Source: Vicugna vicugna (Eukaryota). Taken from it: DNA of 64,000 nt. Below the pieces are notes generated by a model. It searched no databases. It was not told where the DNA came from and was given only the letters and a program-made list of their open reading frames with translations. A program made the position numbers and the translations under genes. Location of the stretch: positions 310,001 through 374,000 of the forward strand of contig MU058452.1 in NCBI GenBank assembly GCA_013265495.1, given 5' to 3'. Position 1 is the first letter of the stretch, and every line of letters begins with the position of its first letter. This document shows, piece after piece, positions 25,960-38,659 of the stretch.

Positions 25960-26352
25960 TACATCCTTTGGAGCTGAGGCACTCATCCATACTTGCTGGA
26001 AATATTGCTCTCAGTTGACTCCATCCTCAGGAATTGCCCTCAGCTGAAGGGAACTACCCACCCTTCCCTAGATTTGCACTTTTTTCCCAGAGTGGTAGCG
26101 CAGACCTAAAGACTGGCAATATAGAGGCTAACGCTAGAGCGGTCTTGCCTCCAGGCAGGCACTTTTGAAGTGATCATTCATCTCCAAGCTCTCCAGGGGA
26201 TTTTGGGATCAGGTTGATGCTTCGTAAATTGCTTTTCTCCCTCTGCACTGTGACACTTCCTTTCCTCCATAGGAGGTGATCCTGCGGGCATTTTTCAATA
26301 AACTTTCTGCATGAAAATCTCTGTGTTTCTTCCCAAGAACTTGATCTAAGAT
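25960..26352 (+). mobile_element. LTR16C-like ERVL LTR (probable host of the Tigger1 insertion)
   Basis: ggaattgccctcagctgaagggaactacc...tctccctctgc...caataaactttctgcatgaaaatctc...cttcccaagaacttgatctaagata follows the LTR16C motif order. Confidence 0.75.
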
Positions 26353-28129
26353 ATTCACCGTAGTCTGTAGTTACAAACTTACATTTTGAATATCATTAGA
26401 GATGGCTTAAAATCCAATTTACCATAAACTTCAAAAATACCCTTATCCCAAGTGAAATATTTATTCTACTCGAAAACATACTTTATAATATATCATGCAA
26501 AATGGCAAAAATAAAAGATTGGGAAAATATTCCAGAGAGTTTGCGAGACCATGCTACTGTAAAGGGAGCTTGTACATCTAAGGTTAGTTAGTGCTGGACG
26601 GTAGGACCATCTCTTACCCCTTGATGCTCACATCCTATCCCCCCACATCCCAGGTTATTTATTCTCCCATAAGTGTACCACACGTAGTTCCTCTTTGGGA
26701 CCATTTAATGAAACCAAAGCCAGCAGTCCAAAGCCAGACACAGCCACCCGGAGGATAGTGTGCTCCATCCTCTGTCAGCGACATGCGCCGCTGACCTCCG
26801 CCACTCTAAGTCCATAGTTTTTATCCCTGGCCAGCTGGTCTCCCCACACGATGGTGTGTGTGTCTTTAACTCTGGCCACTCCCGTATGTCTGAAATCTTG
26901 GTTCCTATTTTGAGTTTGTTGACGGTGCTCCCCCCAAACCATTTCAGGTACTGTACGTGCATAGTGGGAGGGGTTAGACTGGACAGGAGAGCCCCTCCCT
27001 GAGAACTAGCAATAGAATCCATGAGGGCCAGGCCCACTGCCCATCCTTCTGGCTACAGAGCCACAGAAGACCCAGCCCCGCCTCCCCAGGAAGCCACCCC
27101 AGCCCGTTTGGGCCAGAGCCTGGGCTATTTGCTTCACATAAATAAGTGAAGTGACACCAGAAGATTGGCATTCCCATAGTTATGTTGAAGTATTTCACTG
27201 TGAGGGGACCAACTGCAGAGCTAATCAATTAATACAGTGATACCATCCTGGTATAATAAACTCTTAGTATCCTAGGCTTGGCCTCTTCAATTATAACAGC
27301 AGGGGCTCAGGTCAGCCAGATCCAGAGCTTCAACTTCGATAGGAAAAAAAAACAGTGAGAGAATGGTGTGTCAATATAGTCGTGTCCAGAATACTCTCAT
27401 GTTGGTTTATTAAGTCTCCTATAAGCACAAGTGCCAATGTCCAAAGCTAGACTTGAGATGTCACTCCAGCTCAGCCATAGCTGTTCAGGGTTTATTAGGG
27501 AGAGTCTGTCAACCATAGGCTTCAGAACAGCTTTAATGGTTTAATAACTAGCTCAAGCTTGTGAAAGACAAGGATAACAACATGCATAAAAATATAATTT
27601 TCCTCCATCAGGAATAAATGTCCACACATGTCTGAATTAATAGCATTTGCTCAGACTGGTAATCGATTCAGGACTATAGCTGGTGGAGCAGAATTTGGGA
27701 AAGGACTGGGAGTGCTCTGAGCCACCCTGAGGAGTCTCTCGCAGGTTCCACCCTTGAAATTGTTCTGTAATGATAAATGGCTTTTGAGTAGACAGACGTG
27801 GGATTTCCACTAAAAAAAAAAATCAGAGGCTCTAATGGAATAAGTTTACAGTTTTGTTAGTTTTGTTTTGTGTTAGCCCTATTTATAGAGTTTCCAACAT
27901 CAGATTCAGTTCCAGAGAATGAGGCATGGCTTCTACCCGGTGATTTTAAGAGAATCAATTCCAGATGTGCTATAGGCAGTGTTGTCAAGACATTCTGACA
28001 AATGCCTTCTGGAAGAACAACATAATCTCTCTACCGACGGTACCCTTTATCAGAAGACAGTTGGTGGCCATGTTATTTCTATTCTCTCAGTATCCCTTCT
28101 TAAGTTTCATCACTTCTCTCTACCCCAAT

Positions 28130-28805
28130 GGTACCCGACATGGTCCTGGGTGGCCCTCAGTGATGTCCCACAACCTCTGACCACTTTCTCTGATGACAGG
28201 TGTTGGCTTCTGACACAGTCTGGGCCAATCATAAAACTCCATCTCCTTAGACCCGAATAGTTGCTCAGAAATGTGTGTATTACCTTAGCGAGAACAAGCA
28301 GAAGATTTCCTGAGACTGCTTCGTGCTTATCGAAAGAGACAATATCTATTTATGCCCGTATTTCATAGCTAAAAAGAGGTAAGCCAGAGATAGCCCATGG
28401 CGGCCAGGGGTTACCTTACTCACTCAACGAAGTAGAAATTCATTTCCAATGAAATGAGAGCTTGGAGGCAGATGCACAGAGAGATCCCTGAGAACTACAT
28501 TCAATATCTTGTAATAAACTATAATGGAAAAGAATATATATGTATATGTATATGTATAAACACACATCCCTGAATCACTATACTGTACCCCAGAAACTAA
28601 TACAACATTGTAAGTCAATCATACTTCAATAAAATAATCATAATAATCACATAATCATAATAATAATTATAATAAAGATCCATGGGTCCATGCATCTGAC
28701 GGAACGTTTAGTTGCCTTTTCTCCTGGACATCTGTTAGTGAGCCAATGCAAGTTTTTCCTTCCTGAGTTTGTTTAAATTATGTTTTGCCACTTTAAAAAA
28801 GCATT
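28130..28805 (+). mobile_element. Old MLT1-type LTR remnant interrupted by a short L1 fragment
   Basis: gacacagtctgggccaatca...catctgttagtgagccaat...ttttgccactt. Confidence 0.45.
28490..28675 (+). mobile_element. Short L1 3' end with tail decayed to an (ATAATC/ATA)n microsatellite
   Basis: gaactacattcaatatcttgtaataa...ctgaatcactatactgtaccccagaaactaatacaacattgtaagtcaa. Imperfect TSD agatccctgag (28482-28492) / agatccatggg (28676-28686). Confidence 0.85.
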
Positions 28806-29589
28806 GTCTATTGTAGTAACTTATTTGGATGAACCGTGCATGAGTTGAATCTACTGCTGCTTAATTCCTCCTGCCCACATTCTCCACACCTAATTCAAGT
28901 CAGGCTAATCTAGGATTGCTGCATATAACTGTATTTTTTCTATCTAACTGGAGACACACACCAGGAAGTTTTTCCTACATCAGCGTCTCCAAGGGGAAAC
29001 CCTGCTGGGGCCGATAGCTCAGAAAATGCCCACTGAAATATCCAGATCCACCAGCTTTATGGAAATGTGAAAGTATTAGGTAAATAATGCCAATGTCACA
29101 TAAGTGGTGACAAAACTAAGAATATAGGTCTCTACTTAGTAAAAAAATTCCCCAAGTGGGATGTGATGGACACAGATTGTAAGAACACGACTGTCGAGGT
29201 AGCCGTGGGACTTGATTCTCGTGAAAATAGAAAGGATTTTCTTATTTATTAATGTTTCCATCTTCCTTTCCAAGTAATACCCAATTGTTACGTCCCTGCT
29301 CTCGGACGTAGCCAAACGTTGATGCAGTCCCACAAGGTGGACTCTCGGTGATTACGAGGCAACATTTGACATTTATTACAATATACTTTTCCGGAGTCAG
29401 ATTATCAGTAATAACTTGGAGTGTCAGAATTTCTCTTCTCCGTTGTGAGCGCCCAAAGTGTAAAAATGAATGACGTTAACTGTAAGAAATTGCTTGTATT
29501 TTACCTTATTTTCATCTAAAAAGTGTTTTCCCCATTGCTCAAAATAATAGGATTCTAGTGATTTTAATCCTAACACTATTATTAATCTA

Positions 29590-29850
29590 ATACTAGCATT
29601 ACTGAGAGAACACTTACCAAAAAGCAGGTGCTGGGATAAATACTTTATTTATTCAAAAACATACGATTTTCCCAACATTTACAATTATACCAGTAGGTGT
29701 AATTAGTTCCTTACTATACAGATGAGAACAATGAATGACAGAAAGGGTAGTAAACTGAGCAACGTCACAGAGACTGTCTAAGTGGGAGCTGGGGCTTGAA
29801 CCCTAAAGATCCTGTTCCTGAATCTACAGCATCAGCCACTAGGCTGTATG
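29590..29850 (-). mobile_element. MIR SINE
   Basis: gaacacttacc...tacagatgagaacaatgaatgacaga...gtcacagag...aagtgggagctggggcttgaaccc. Confidence 0.7.
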
Positions 29851-30974
29851 ATCCCACAAAGTCACACTCCAGATTTCACATTTTCACCTCTTCCTTTCCA
29901 GTCCTAAGGCAGGTAGGACTTCCTGAAGGTTTTTATTCCTCTTCCTCTCGTTTCTTATTCAGGCCATCAACGAAATAAGAGACCACTTCTGGTGTCAGCA
30001 AGCTTCAGGGCTTCGCTGAAACTCTGGATGACGCCTCAGTCAATGGAATTACAAATTAAAAAAAAAAGCTTACTTAATAAAAATGATTCCTTGATGATGT
30101 TGTTGCTTCAATCCTCTCCTGTTTACTCATCCATGAGAGAGGGATTCCCACTCTCGGCTGATCAGAATGGCCAAACGTAAGTCAGCGAGGCCCGGGGCAG
30201 ATGAGAAGGACAGCAGTGTGTTAGTCACATACACTCAGCTTGGGGCGGAATTCCGACAGCGCATGCCCCACAGGGCCACCTGGGAGCTGCGCTCAGGAAC
30301 AGAGTGAAAAACTGAGTCTGTGGGAGGCAGGCTCTGTAGTATCGAGAGGGTGAGGTGACCCATAGTTCCCACAGAAGGATGCGATTGGCTTGTTTGAGTA
30401 ATTCCACAAGCTGGCAGGGAACTAGAACCTGCTGCTCAGAGATACGGAGGAACTATGCCTGGTCCTCTTGATAGGGAGGGCCGTCTGGCCAAGGGCCCTT
30501 ATGCACGGGGGCCCAGTGGGGAGGAGCACCTGCAGCTAGAAGGTCCTTCAAGGCCCTCTCAGTTTCCCTAGATGTCAAGGCAGCACAGAATGTTGGGTCT
30601 TAATTTTAGGCTTTAAATACAGTTGTCTGGCTTGATGTTTTTAGTAGGAGCTAAATCTAAAACGAACAAACCAATAAAACGAAACCGTCCTTGATACGTC
30701 TGGATAAAATTGAATGTGAGAAAACCTTTCTTCTAGCCAAAAGAGCTCAGAGGTTGACTAATTGTAAACAGTGGTGAGAGACATTGCTTCCATACTTTGT
30801 AATCTTAAGGTCCTAATTTATCCTTAAATTTTTATGAAAGCTTAGTTGAAATACTAAGTGGTTTGAGAATTTCCAAATCACTTAATGAGATGTTCAAAAT
30901 TTTAGGCCAAGATAAGGCAGGAAAAGGATATCTTCAAATATTTTCAGATATCTCCTTTGAAGGTCCTATAGCAT

Positions 30975-31165
30975 GAGTTTGGGTTTAGAACACGCTAATT
31001 ACTAGCCATGTGATCTTGGGCAAATGGTTCCATTTTCTTAGTCTCAATGGCTTGACTTTCAAAGTAACTCTTAAAATAATATCTATTTCTAGGGATTATG
31101 TGAGCTTGGGTATGATAACAGATATGAATGAGCTGCTACCTCAGAAGAATCAATAAACATTAGTT
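30975..31165 (+). mobile_element. MIR SINE fragment
   Basis: ttactagccatgtgatcttgggcaaatg...tagggattatgtgag. Confidence 0.6.
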
Positions 31166-31699
31166 CTTCCTTTCTACCCTTTCTGTTTAACAAACTCTGT
31201 CTGTCTGTCTATATTACTGACAATTATTAGCTACCTCACTTTCTGTGGTGTGCAGAGGCAATTTTCATCACTAGATCCTTGTATCAGACCATTGTAAATG
31301 TAATATTTGAATCAATCAAAAGGCATCATCTTAGTATTTAGTACGCAAGTACAAGTACATAGTAATTCTACACCATGTCATCCGTGAAATCCCCGAAGTC
31401 TCGGTGTTGAGAACAAGAAGCCGCCAGCATGGAACAAAAATAGCCATGCCTTCCCTAGTCTGCAGGTTCCATTTGTAACGTTTAAATCCTAAACAGTGAC
31501 GGATGGTGCTGGTGGGAAGTGAAATGCCAATTACTCCAGCCGTTAATCAAGTGTCTCTTTGCCAAGTAAAGCGGAGGAAAAATGAAGCATGTGATAATGG
31601 CCTATGTTTAGGGTCCAAGAGAGTCCCACAGTACCTTTCTGTTAAAGGTAAATTTTAATTTAAATCGTTCATCCTATGTATGAGCACCTGTTTTATACT

Positions 31700-32070
31700 A
31701 CTGAGTCTATCAACTGCTTGCTAAACCTCTCCAATATGATGACCCATGGACACCCTCAAACTTACCATGTCCATCCCCATTGAGACTTCCATCTTGTACC
31801 CATCCCCCAAATCCTTTCTCTCTTCTCCCCATCGGAATGTAGGAAACTGACAAATATACAGCAAACCAGATCAGAACCAGGGCTTCATCCCGGACCCCTC
31901 CTCCCTCCCCTCCTTCATATCCAATCATTCCTATTGTCCGGGCAGATCTGACACTTAATCCACTCTTGTTTTCTATCCTAGGGCCACCTTTAGCTTTAAT
32001 CTAGATGAAAACATTCAACAACAGCTCTGTTGTCATGTACATATTTCACATAGCCACCAATTAACTTTTT
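31700..32070 (+). mobile_element. L2 LINE fragment
   Basis: caactgcttgctaaacctctcc...cacctcaaacttaccatgtcc-like motif and pyrimidine-rich body. Confidence 0.55.
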
Positions 32071-32094
32071 TTACTTAAAACAAACTTCTATAGG

Positions 32095-33480
32095 GTAGGA
32101 GATAGGAAGGTGTGATGGTGAAGACCCACCTTTGACCATTTCTTCCACTAATTACAACTGAAATCTCTGGACAAAATACATAAACAGTGACTTGAGGACT
32201 CTGAAAAGGAAACAGAAGCAGGTGCGGGAGAGCCAAAATTTGAAGTAACTTCATCGAGATGAGATTCTTAGCATTTTTTTTTCCTTTCCTATCATGTGTT
32301 GTCCAGAGTACGCCCCAGTCATGGGGCAGCATGGCAGCAGTGGTGGAGCCTTCAGCTAAAAGTTTGAAGGAATGTGTGTGTTTCTGGCCAAAAGAACTAG
32401 GAAAAGGGAACTCTCAAAGTATGATGTTTCTGAGGGGATAGATACTGAAAGGAAGAAAGGAGGACTCTCTAATTCTGTGTATGAGAATATGCAAGTCTTA
32501 GCCTAAGCCTTGAGGTGCACTGGTGTGAGACAGACCCCACTAGCTTAGCTAAGGCTTAGATGAATGAAAAGAGAATTGAATAACACACATACACGTCTTT
32601 CAGTGCAGTCCCTGAAGAGTATAAATGTGGAATAAATACAAACCAAAAATGGTGAATGTTTGTAGAACTCAACTGAACCTTCTGCACAGGTGTCAGCCTC
32701 ATGTCTGAGCTGCTCGTGCAAAGGGCAGATTCAAATCCAGATAGCAAAGACTTAGAGAATTTCATCTAATAATTGATCCACTTCCCATGGAAGAGAAGTC
32801 ACAACTTGCATCTGAAACCTAAAATTAGATTACTAAAAGCAAAACATTAATATCCTACTGAGGACTTTAGCAAAACCCAGTGTCCACAACTTAACATTCA
32901 CAATATCCAGAGTACAGCCCCAAAATTAACTGATATAAAAACAAACAAACAAACAAAAAAACACAGCCATAAAAAAATAATAAAATGTGACAAAAATCTC
33001 AAAGGTAAAAATAAACATATACCAAGCTTGAGATTAGCCCAAATGCTGGAAATATCAGATTTTAAAGCAGCTTTTATTATTATGTATGTACAGAAAAATA
33101 CATTTGAAATGAGTGATAAATATGAGGAATTGTCAACAGAAATTAAAACTCTGCAAAGAACTAAATGTGAATTTTAGAACTGAAAAATACAATATAAGGA
33201 ACTAAAAATTACTAGATGGGCCCAGTAATAGAAGAAAGAATAAACAAGCTTGAGGATACATCTGTATTTAGAGAGAAAAGATTGAAAAAAATGGACAGAG
33301 CTTCAGTGTTTTTGAACAGTATTGAAGGCCTATCATATGTGTAATTCGAGTTCAGAAAGAGAGGGGATGGCTATTGGGGCTGAAAAAAATATTTGAAGCA
33401 ATAATAGTTGAAAACTTTTTAAATTCTGTGAAAGACATATATTTACAGATTGAAGACTGGCAAATTCCAGCCTGGTAAAT
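32095..33480 (+). mobile_element. Ancient L1 (L1M-type) 5' region and ORF1 remnant
   Basis: A-rich strand bias. ORF1-like ttttagaactgaaaaatacaata...agaagaaagaataaacaagcttgagga and aaaatatttgaagcaataatagttgaaaacttt. Confidence 0.75.
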
Positions 33481-35014
33481 CAATAGAAAAAGAAAGTATC
33501 CTTAGATTTATTTTAATCAGCTCACAGCCAAAGATAAAGAAACAGCCTTCTTTCAGGATGACCGTGTGTGCAGATAACGGTCACAGTTCTATTACTAAGG
33601 AAGGATTAGGTAAAAACTCTCTGCCGCGTTCTTCTAAGGACATTTAAAAAAATCCATAATGATATGAAGGAAGCAAAAAGAAAAATACATTTTCAGACAG
33701 AAACTGTAAGCCAGGTTTTGTTTTGTCTTTATGCAAAAGAGACATGTTTAGTCTTGAAGGCTAGTTGTTTACGTAAACACATTTAAGATTTTCATAATGA
33801 TGTAGAGAGAATGTTGAAGAAGCCTATGTGTTGGATTTAAACAAGCCTAGATTAGAATTCCAGCTTCCACTTATTGTTTAGGTGAAAGTCAACAGACATC
33901 CTCTGAATCCTGGTTTACTAATCTGTATAATGGGCAGATACTTTATTTAACATAGATACATATCTATGTATCAGGACAGGAAAAGTTGTTTATCTGTTTA
34001 ACACTATAGACGTGATGTTACATGATTTTGTTTTGCTCTGATCCCCAAAGACTGTATCAATTTAGGATGACTACTTTCCAGTATCTGCATTTTATGAAAT
34101 CTTCCTGTGCAAAGCACAGAAGAATTTGAGGCCCTGAGGAACTCAGGTGTGCCGCAGAAATTCTTAAAATTCACATTGGGTGTGCATCAGTTTAAGTAAC
34201 TGATAATTATTCACTTGCATGGTAAAGCGAGCCACTTATCACAAAGCCATTCCTGAAACTGACATGCCAACAAATCTCCAGAAAATATACTGAGGTTGGG
34301 GGTCTGAATTTTCAGTCCTTCTTCCTTTTGTTGCCAAGAAAGGCGTTGCTATGACATATTTAAATGAGATTATTATCAGCTTGCATTTTGAAAATAACTT
34401 GCAACTATCACTGTCTTATTTTAAGACGGCTTAGTTTGGTAATCCCTGCTTGACAGGTGAGAAAGCCAAGACATAGAACAGGTACCTGCCTGCTAATGAC
34501 AGGCAGACATTTATTGCTGAAGCCTATTGCCACTGTGGGAGTATAAGCGATGAAAGAAACAACAGGTTGGTCTCCCTTCAAGAAATTTACAATCACAGTG
34601 GTACCCCCTTAATACTGGCTGGGCAACCCTTACCTCCGAGATGCAGCAGTCCAGGATGCTGGCTGTCTTAGTGTCTCCTATGGTGGATACAGCACCCAGA
34701 CACATTTGCCTTCAAATTCTAGTCCCCTCTCCCTGTCCCTTCACATGTTTAGTAGCTACAGGAACCTATAGGATATATCTCCTTCATGTGGTAATTTTAA
34801 AGAGTAAAGACACTAATGCATAAAATCTGAATGGGCTGCAGAGCACCCCAGGCTAGGGGATGTAGGTTACAGACAAGAACAAAGTAAAACCTGGGGCCGG
34901 TTGTCCACCACCTCCAGCCTGACTGCAGTCTCCCTGGAGATAGGTGACCCTTCTCTGCAGTCACCCCCACCACCTGCTCACCCTCACCCAGCAACAGGCT
35001 AGCTCCAAATTTCG

Positions 35015-35162
35015 ATCTGGAAACTTAAAACAAAATATCAGTTCCTGACCTCCCACCTCCAGAGTTTCTGATTTAATGGGATGGGGGTGGGGCTTCGGTT
35101 TGGTAAGTTTTAAGAACCTCCCAGGTGTTTTTAATATGCAGCCAAGGTTAGGAAGGGCAGCT
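35015..35162. mobile_element. MER5-like hAT MITE fragment
   Basis: cccacctccagagtttctgatttaatggg...ttttaagaacctcccaggtg...atgcagccaaggttagga. Confidence 0.7.
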
Positions 35163-38117
35163 CAGGGCCTCTGTGGCTAAGGTCACTGGTTCCACATACC
35201 CAGTCTCTCGCTTGGTAACTTGAACTTGGCCTTCACTGTTGCTGTCCGGCTGGCTCCGCCTGGTTCCACGCACTCTGGTATTTGCGTCTTCTCCATTCTC
35301 TGGTACCCACCCAGCTTCCGGCTGCCTGCCTGCCTTCACCTCCCAGGTGGGTGTGAGTCGGATCCAGGCTTTGCCCCAGCCTCTCCTGCAGGCTAACTCC
35401 AAAGCTTAGCACAGCCTCCCAAACCTCAAGCCTTTGGAACCCTTCCCTGAGGTTCCTCCCAGCCAGGGGCACCCTCACTCAGCATGGAGCCAGCTTCTCA
35501 GTCTGGCAGGTAAATAAGGGCGGCAGAACTGGTCTCCTAGATCTTATGTAAATTCCTCTTTCTCCTCTGTATTTCCCCCAAGGCTTCTAGCAGTGCACAG
35601 TGAAATTTCATAGTCTTTTCTGATGCTGCTTTTTCATGAGAGAGAGAGAGACAGACAGAGATGGAGACAAGAGACAGAGACAAAGAGAGGGAAAGAAAGG
35701 TTGGAGGGAGCAGTTTCTCCTGTGATTTCCTTATGATTATTAGACATCAATATTTAAAGTTGATCAATTTTATGTTAAACCTAACACATTGTTCACGTTC
35801 TATAAAACCCAATGTATTTTTAGCATTCTATTAAAAACATTTAACATTTATTAATAAAGGTGTAATATAAACCACTTAATTGAATTTAACTAACTATGGT
35901 GCCTACATTTTTTATGAAATTTAAATGAAAAATGATCAGCCGTACAAAACTCCAAACTTTGACCTTGTGTTTATGGAAATTTGGGTCCCTGCAACTCACA
36001 TCATTGTTTGATAGGAACTCAGGTATTTGGCATATGACATTAGTAAGAAAAAAGGAAGGGGAAAAGAAGTTACTTTCCATGCCTACAAAGATAGAGAATC
36101 TTATGTCTCTGTCAAGTGTTTTTATACCACTCAGAGTTAGCTGAGAAAGAAAGTTGGAGTCAAATTTTTGTTTCTTTATAAAAAGCTACAAATTAGTAGT
36201 GACTGTTTGCTTGATACCTCCTCCCTTTCATGCAACATTTCCCAGGGTTAACTTGGAACGGGAACCTGGAGGTGTGGGAGGGAGTAGCTCATTGACTCAG
36301 ATTACTGCCGTCTGCTTTGTCATTTTATGGGACGCAGTCAATGGGTAGATGCATGTTCATTACTTGATCTCAATACGCAACATCATGAATATACACCGTG
36401 AGTCTCTTTATACCCATGACTGACATTTCCTCGGAATTTCTGAAGTAATATCCCATTTCCATAATTCTAAGATTAAACAATCCTAAAATAGTATTCTGCC
36501 CTGTTCCCTGTCAAAAACTGATCAGAACATGAAAATATCAGTGTATGGCTTCCAGTTGAAGAATTGTCATTCACTTGATCGTTTGTCTATGGTTTAACAT
36601 CTAACTCATTTTTTTTCATTCTGTTTATTTTATTTTATTTTCTATGGTGGTATAAATAACATTGCAATGGGTCACCTTGTGCTTATTACTTTCTATTTTG
36701 ATTTCATTCTTTGCTATAGATTTAAACACTGGTCAAATATCATTAAATTTTTTAGTTTAATTGATAAGCCTATTCAATATACCCAATTCTCTAAGCTTCC
36801 TAAGGGAGATGAGTGAGATTTTCAGACAGGCACATATGTTGATATAGAATGCTCAGACCGAGGAAGGGAAAGAAAGCAGTCGAGCGTGTGTCTCCCCCAA
36901 CTCTGTGGTGGGCTGGTCCTTTTTTGGAGAACAGTGTTATTAAATCCAACCATTGTTAATGCTTTCATGGTGTTGATACCTGTGGTACAGCTGCATGGAC
37001 ATCATTTACTATACAGAGCACCCAATGTGAGCTTCAAAGGCGGGGGGTAGATGGAAAAGGGAAATACCTGGTACATCCAGCTTTCCTGTTTGGGGACATC
37101 TGCTCTTTGGCCTCTTCCAACTGGTCACTGCTCCCTGTGTTTGTTGGGCTCAGTTGGGTGGCCAAGGACAATGCTTTCCAACAGTTATTCTTTTACAGGC
37201 GCTGGTATGGCCTCTTGAGGACTTTCCTTTTTCAGTTGTATATCCATCTGCCGTTTGCGATGAACTGTCTTCATTGGTCAGTCTTCACTGGTCAACTGTG
37301 ATCTGCAGTCTGTAATACTGTATGGCACTCCCAGTGTGGTCCAACAGCATCTTCGTGTCAGCACTACAGAATTAAGATTGCAAATGCTTTCCTGGCAATT
37401 AATTTATCGGATCTGAAAGGATATGTGATCCTGGTTCTGGTACCCAACTAAGACGTAGCCCTCTTGAAATTGTACATCATTTAACTCATGACTCATCATA
37501 ATGGTTCTCTCATTGCGAGACTATTCCATGTCTTAACCGCCATAATGAACTTCTTTCTGTTCATTGATTTCTTCTTTTCTTCCTCATTTTTTTTTCCTTT
37601 TTTGGTCCCATCACATTTACTTCTTTTGTTGACACCATTTGCTAAAGTTGTCCCTGCGTTAACTTCCATCAGAAGAGCTTCCATTTTAAGCATGATTTTA
37701 AGTGAGAGGTTCTGCATCAGAACTGAGTTACCGAGGCTGGCCAGAGCAGCCAAAGCCCGTGATGTTGCTGCTGTTGTCATTTCTGCGAATTCTATCCCCC
37801 TCTTTTCAAAATAAAGGATACAGTCACGTAAACTTTTCCAGTCAGGCTCCGCATGTCCACAATGACATTCTTCATGCCTGGGGTGGGGGTAGAGGGCTCT
37901 TTATTTTCCCTCTCCGCAGCGCATGGTCCCAGCTGTGTGGCTCCCTTCATGAATATGCATGAAATCAGATATGACATTGCCCTGCTCCCATTAATAATCT
38001 TGTCATCTGACTTGTGCTCCAGAAAGCTCCAGTCCATGGCTCCTCCAAGCAAATGTAGCCTGAAGAAAAACAAGACCAAACCAAACCAAACAAAAAGACC
38101 AGATCTTTTTGTGTAGC

Positions 38118-38120
<3 letters not shown>

Positions 38121-38165
<45 letters not shown>
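38121..38165. repeat. Perfect (TAT)15 trinucleotide microsatellite
   Basis: Read directly. It produces the poly-Y, poly-I and poly-L runs in the overlapping spurious ORFs. Confidence 0.97.
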
Positions 38166-38166
<1 letters not shown>

Positions 38167-38659
38167 GCATTGGGATTAAGGAGTCCAACATTTGGGCAAT
38201 GGCTAGTGAGGGGAGCAGAGGAGGCAGGGAAGGGAGAGGGAGTGAGCCGGCTAGGAGAAGTCAGCCCCTGTGTGAATGGCATGGCTTGTTGGGAGCCTAA
38301 AGCAGTGGGTGTAATGGTATGTGAAGTGACCTTGAATATAGGCACTGTGGGTAGCCCCGGCTTTTTTGTAAAAGGAGCATTTGCAGGGGAGGTTTGGGTT
38401 TCAGGCCTCCCAGTCATCAATCATCTCAGCCCATTCTTCTCTTTGACAGCTCAGTACAAGGCCTGACATTTGACACCCAAGACCCCAGGACTTACACACA
38501 GACACAAGCTGGGCCCTAAGGGAGGGGAGGTGGGGAAGAAGGGGGGGGTAGGAAAGGCTGCTTTTTTTTTTTTTTAAAGCAGCAAACTGAAGAATATAGC
38601 AAACAAACTCTAACTGTCACGGGAACTGATTCTGCAGGAGAGCATCGCCTTGATTTTTG

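Noticed and set aside
37710..37732. tctgcatcagaactgag, resembling miR-217
   Set aside because: Has a deletion and mismatches relative to the mature miRNA, and no pre-miRNA hairpin is evident.
37965..38420. 151-aa ORF with poly-Ile and overlapping poly-Tyr ORF
   Set aside because: The homopolymer runs come from the (TAT)15 microsatellite. No recognisable protein.
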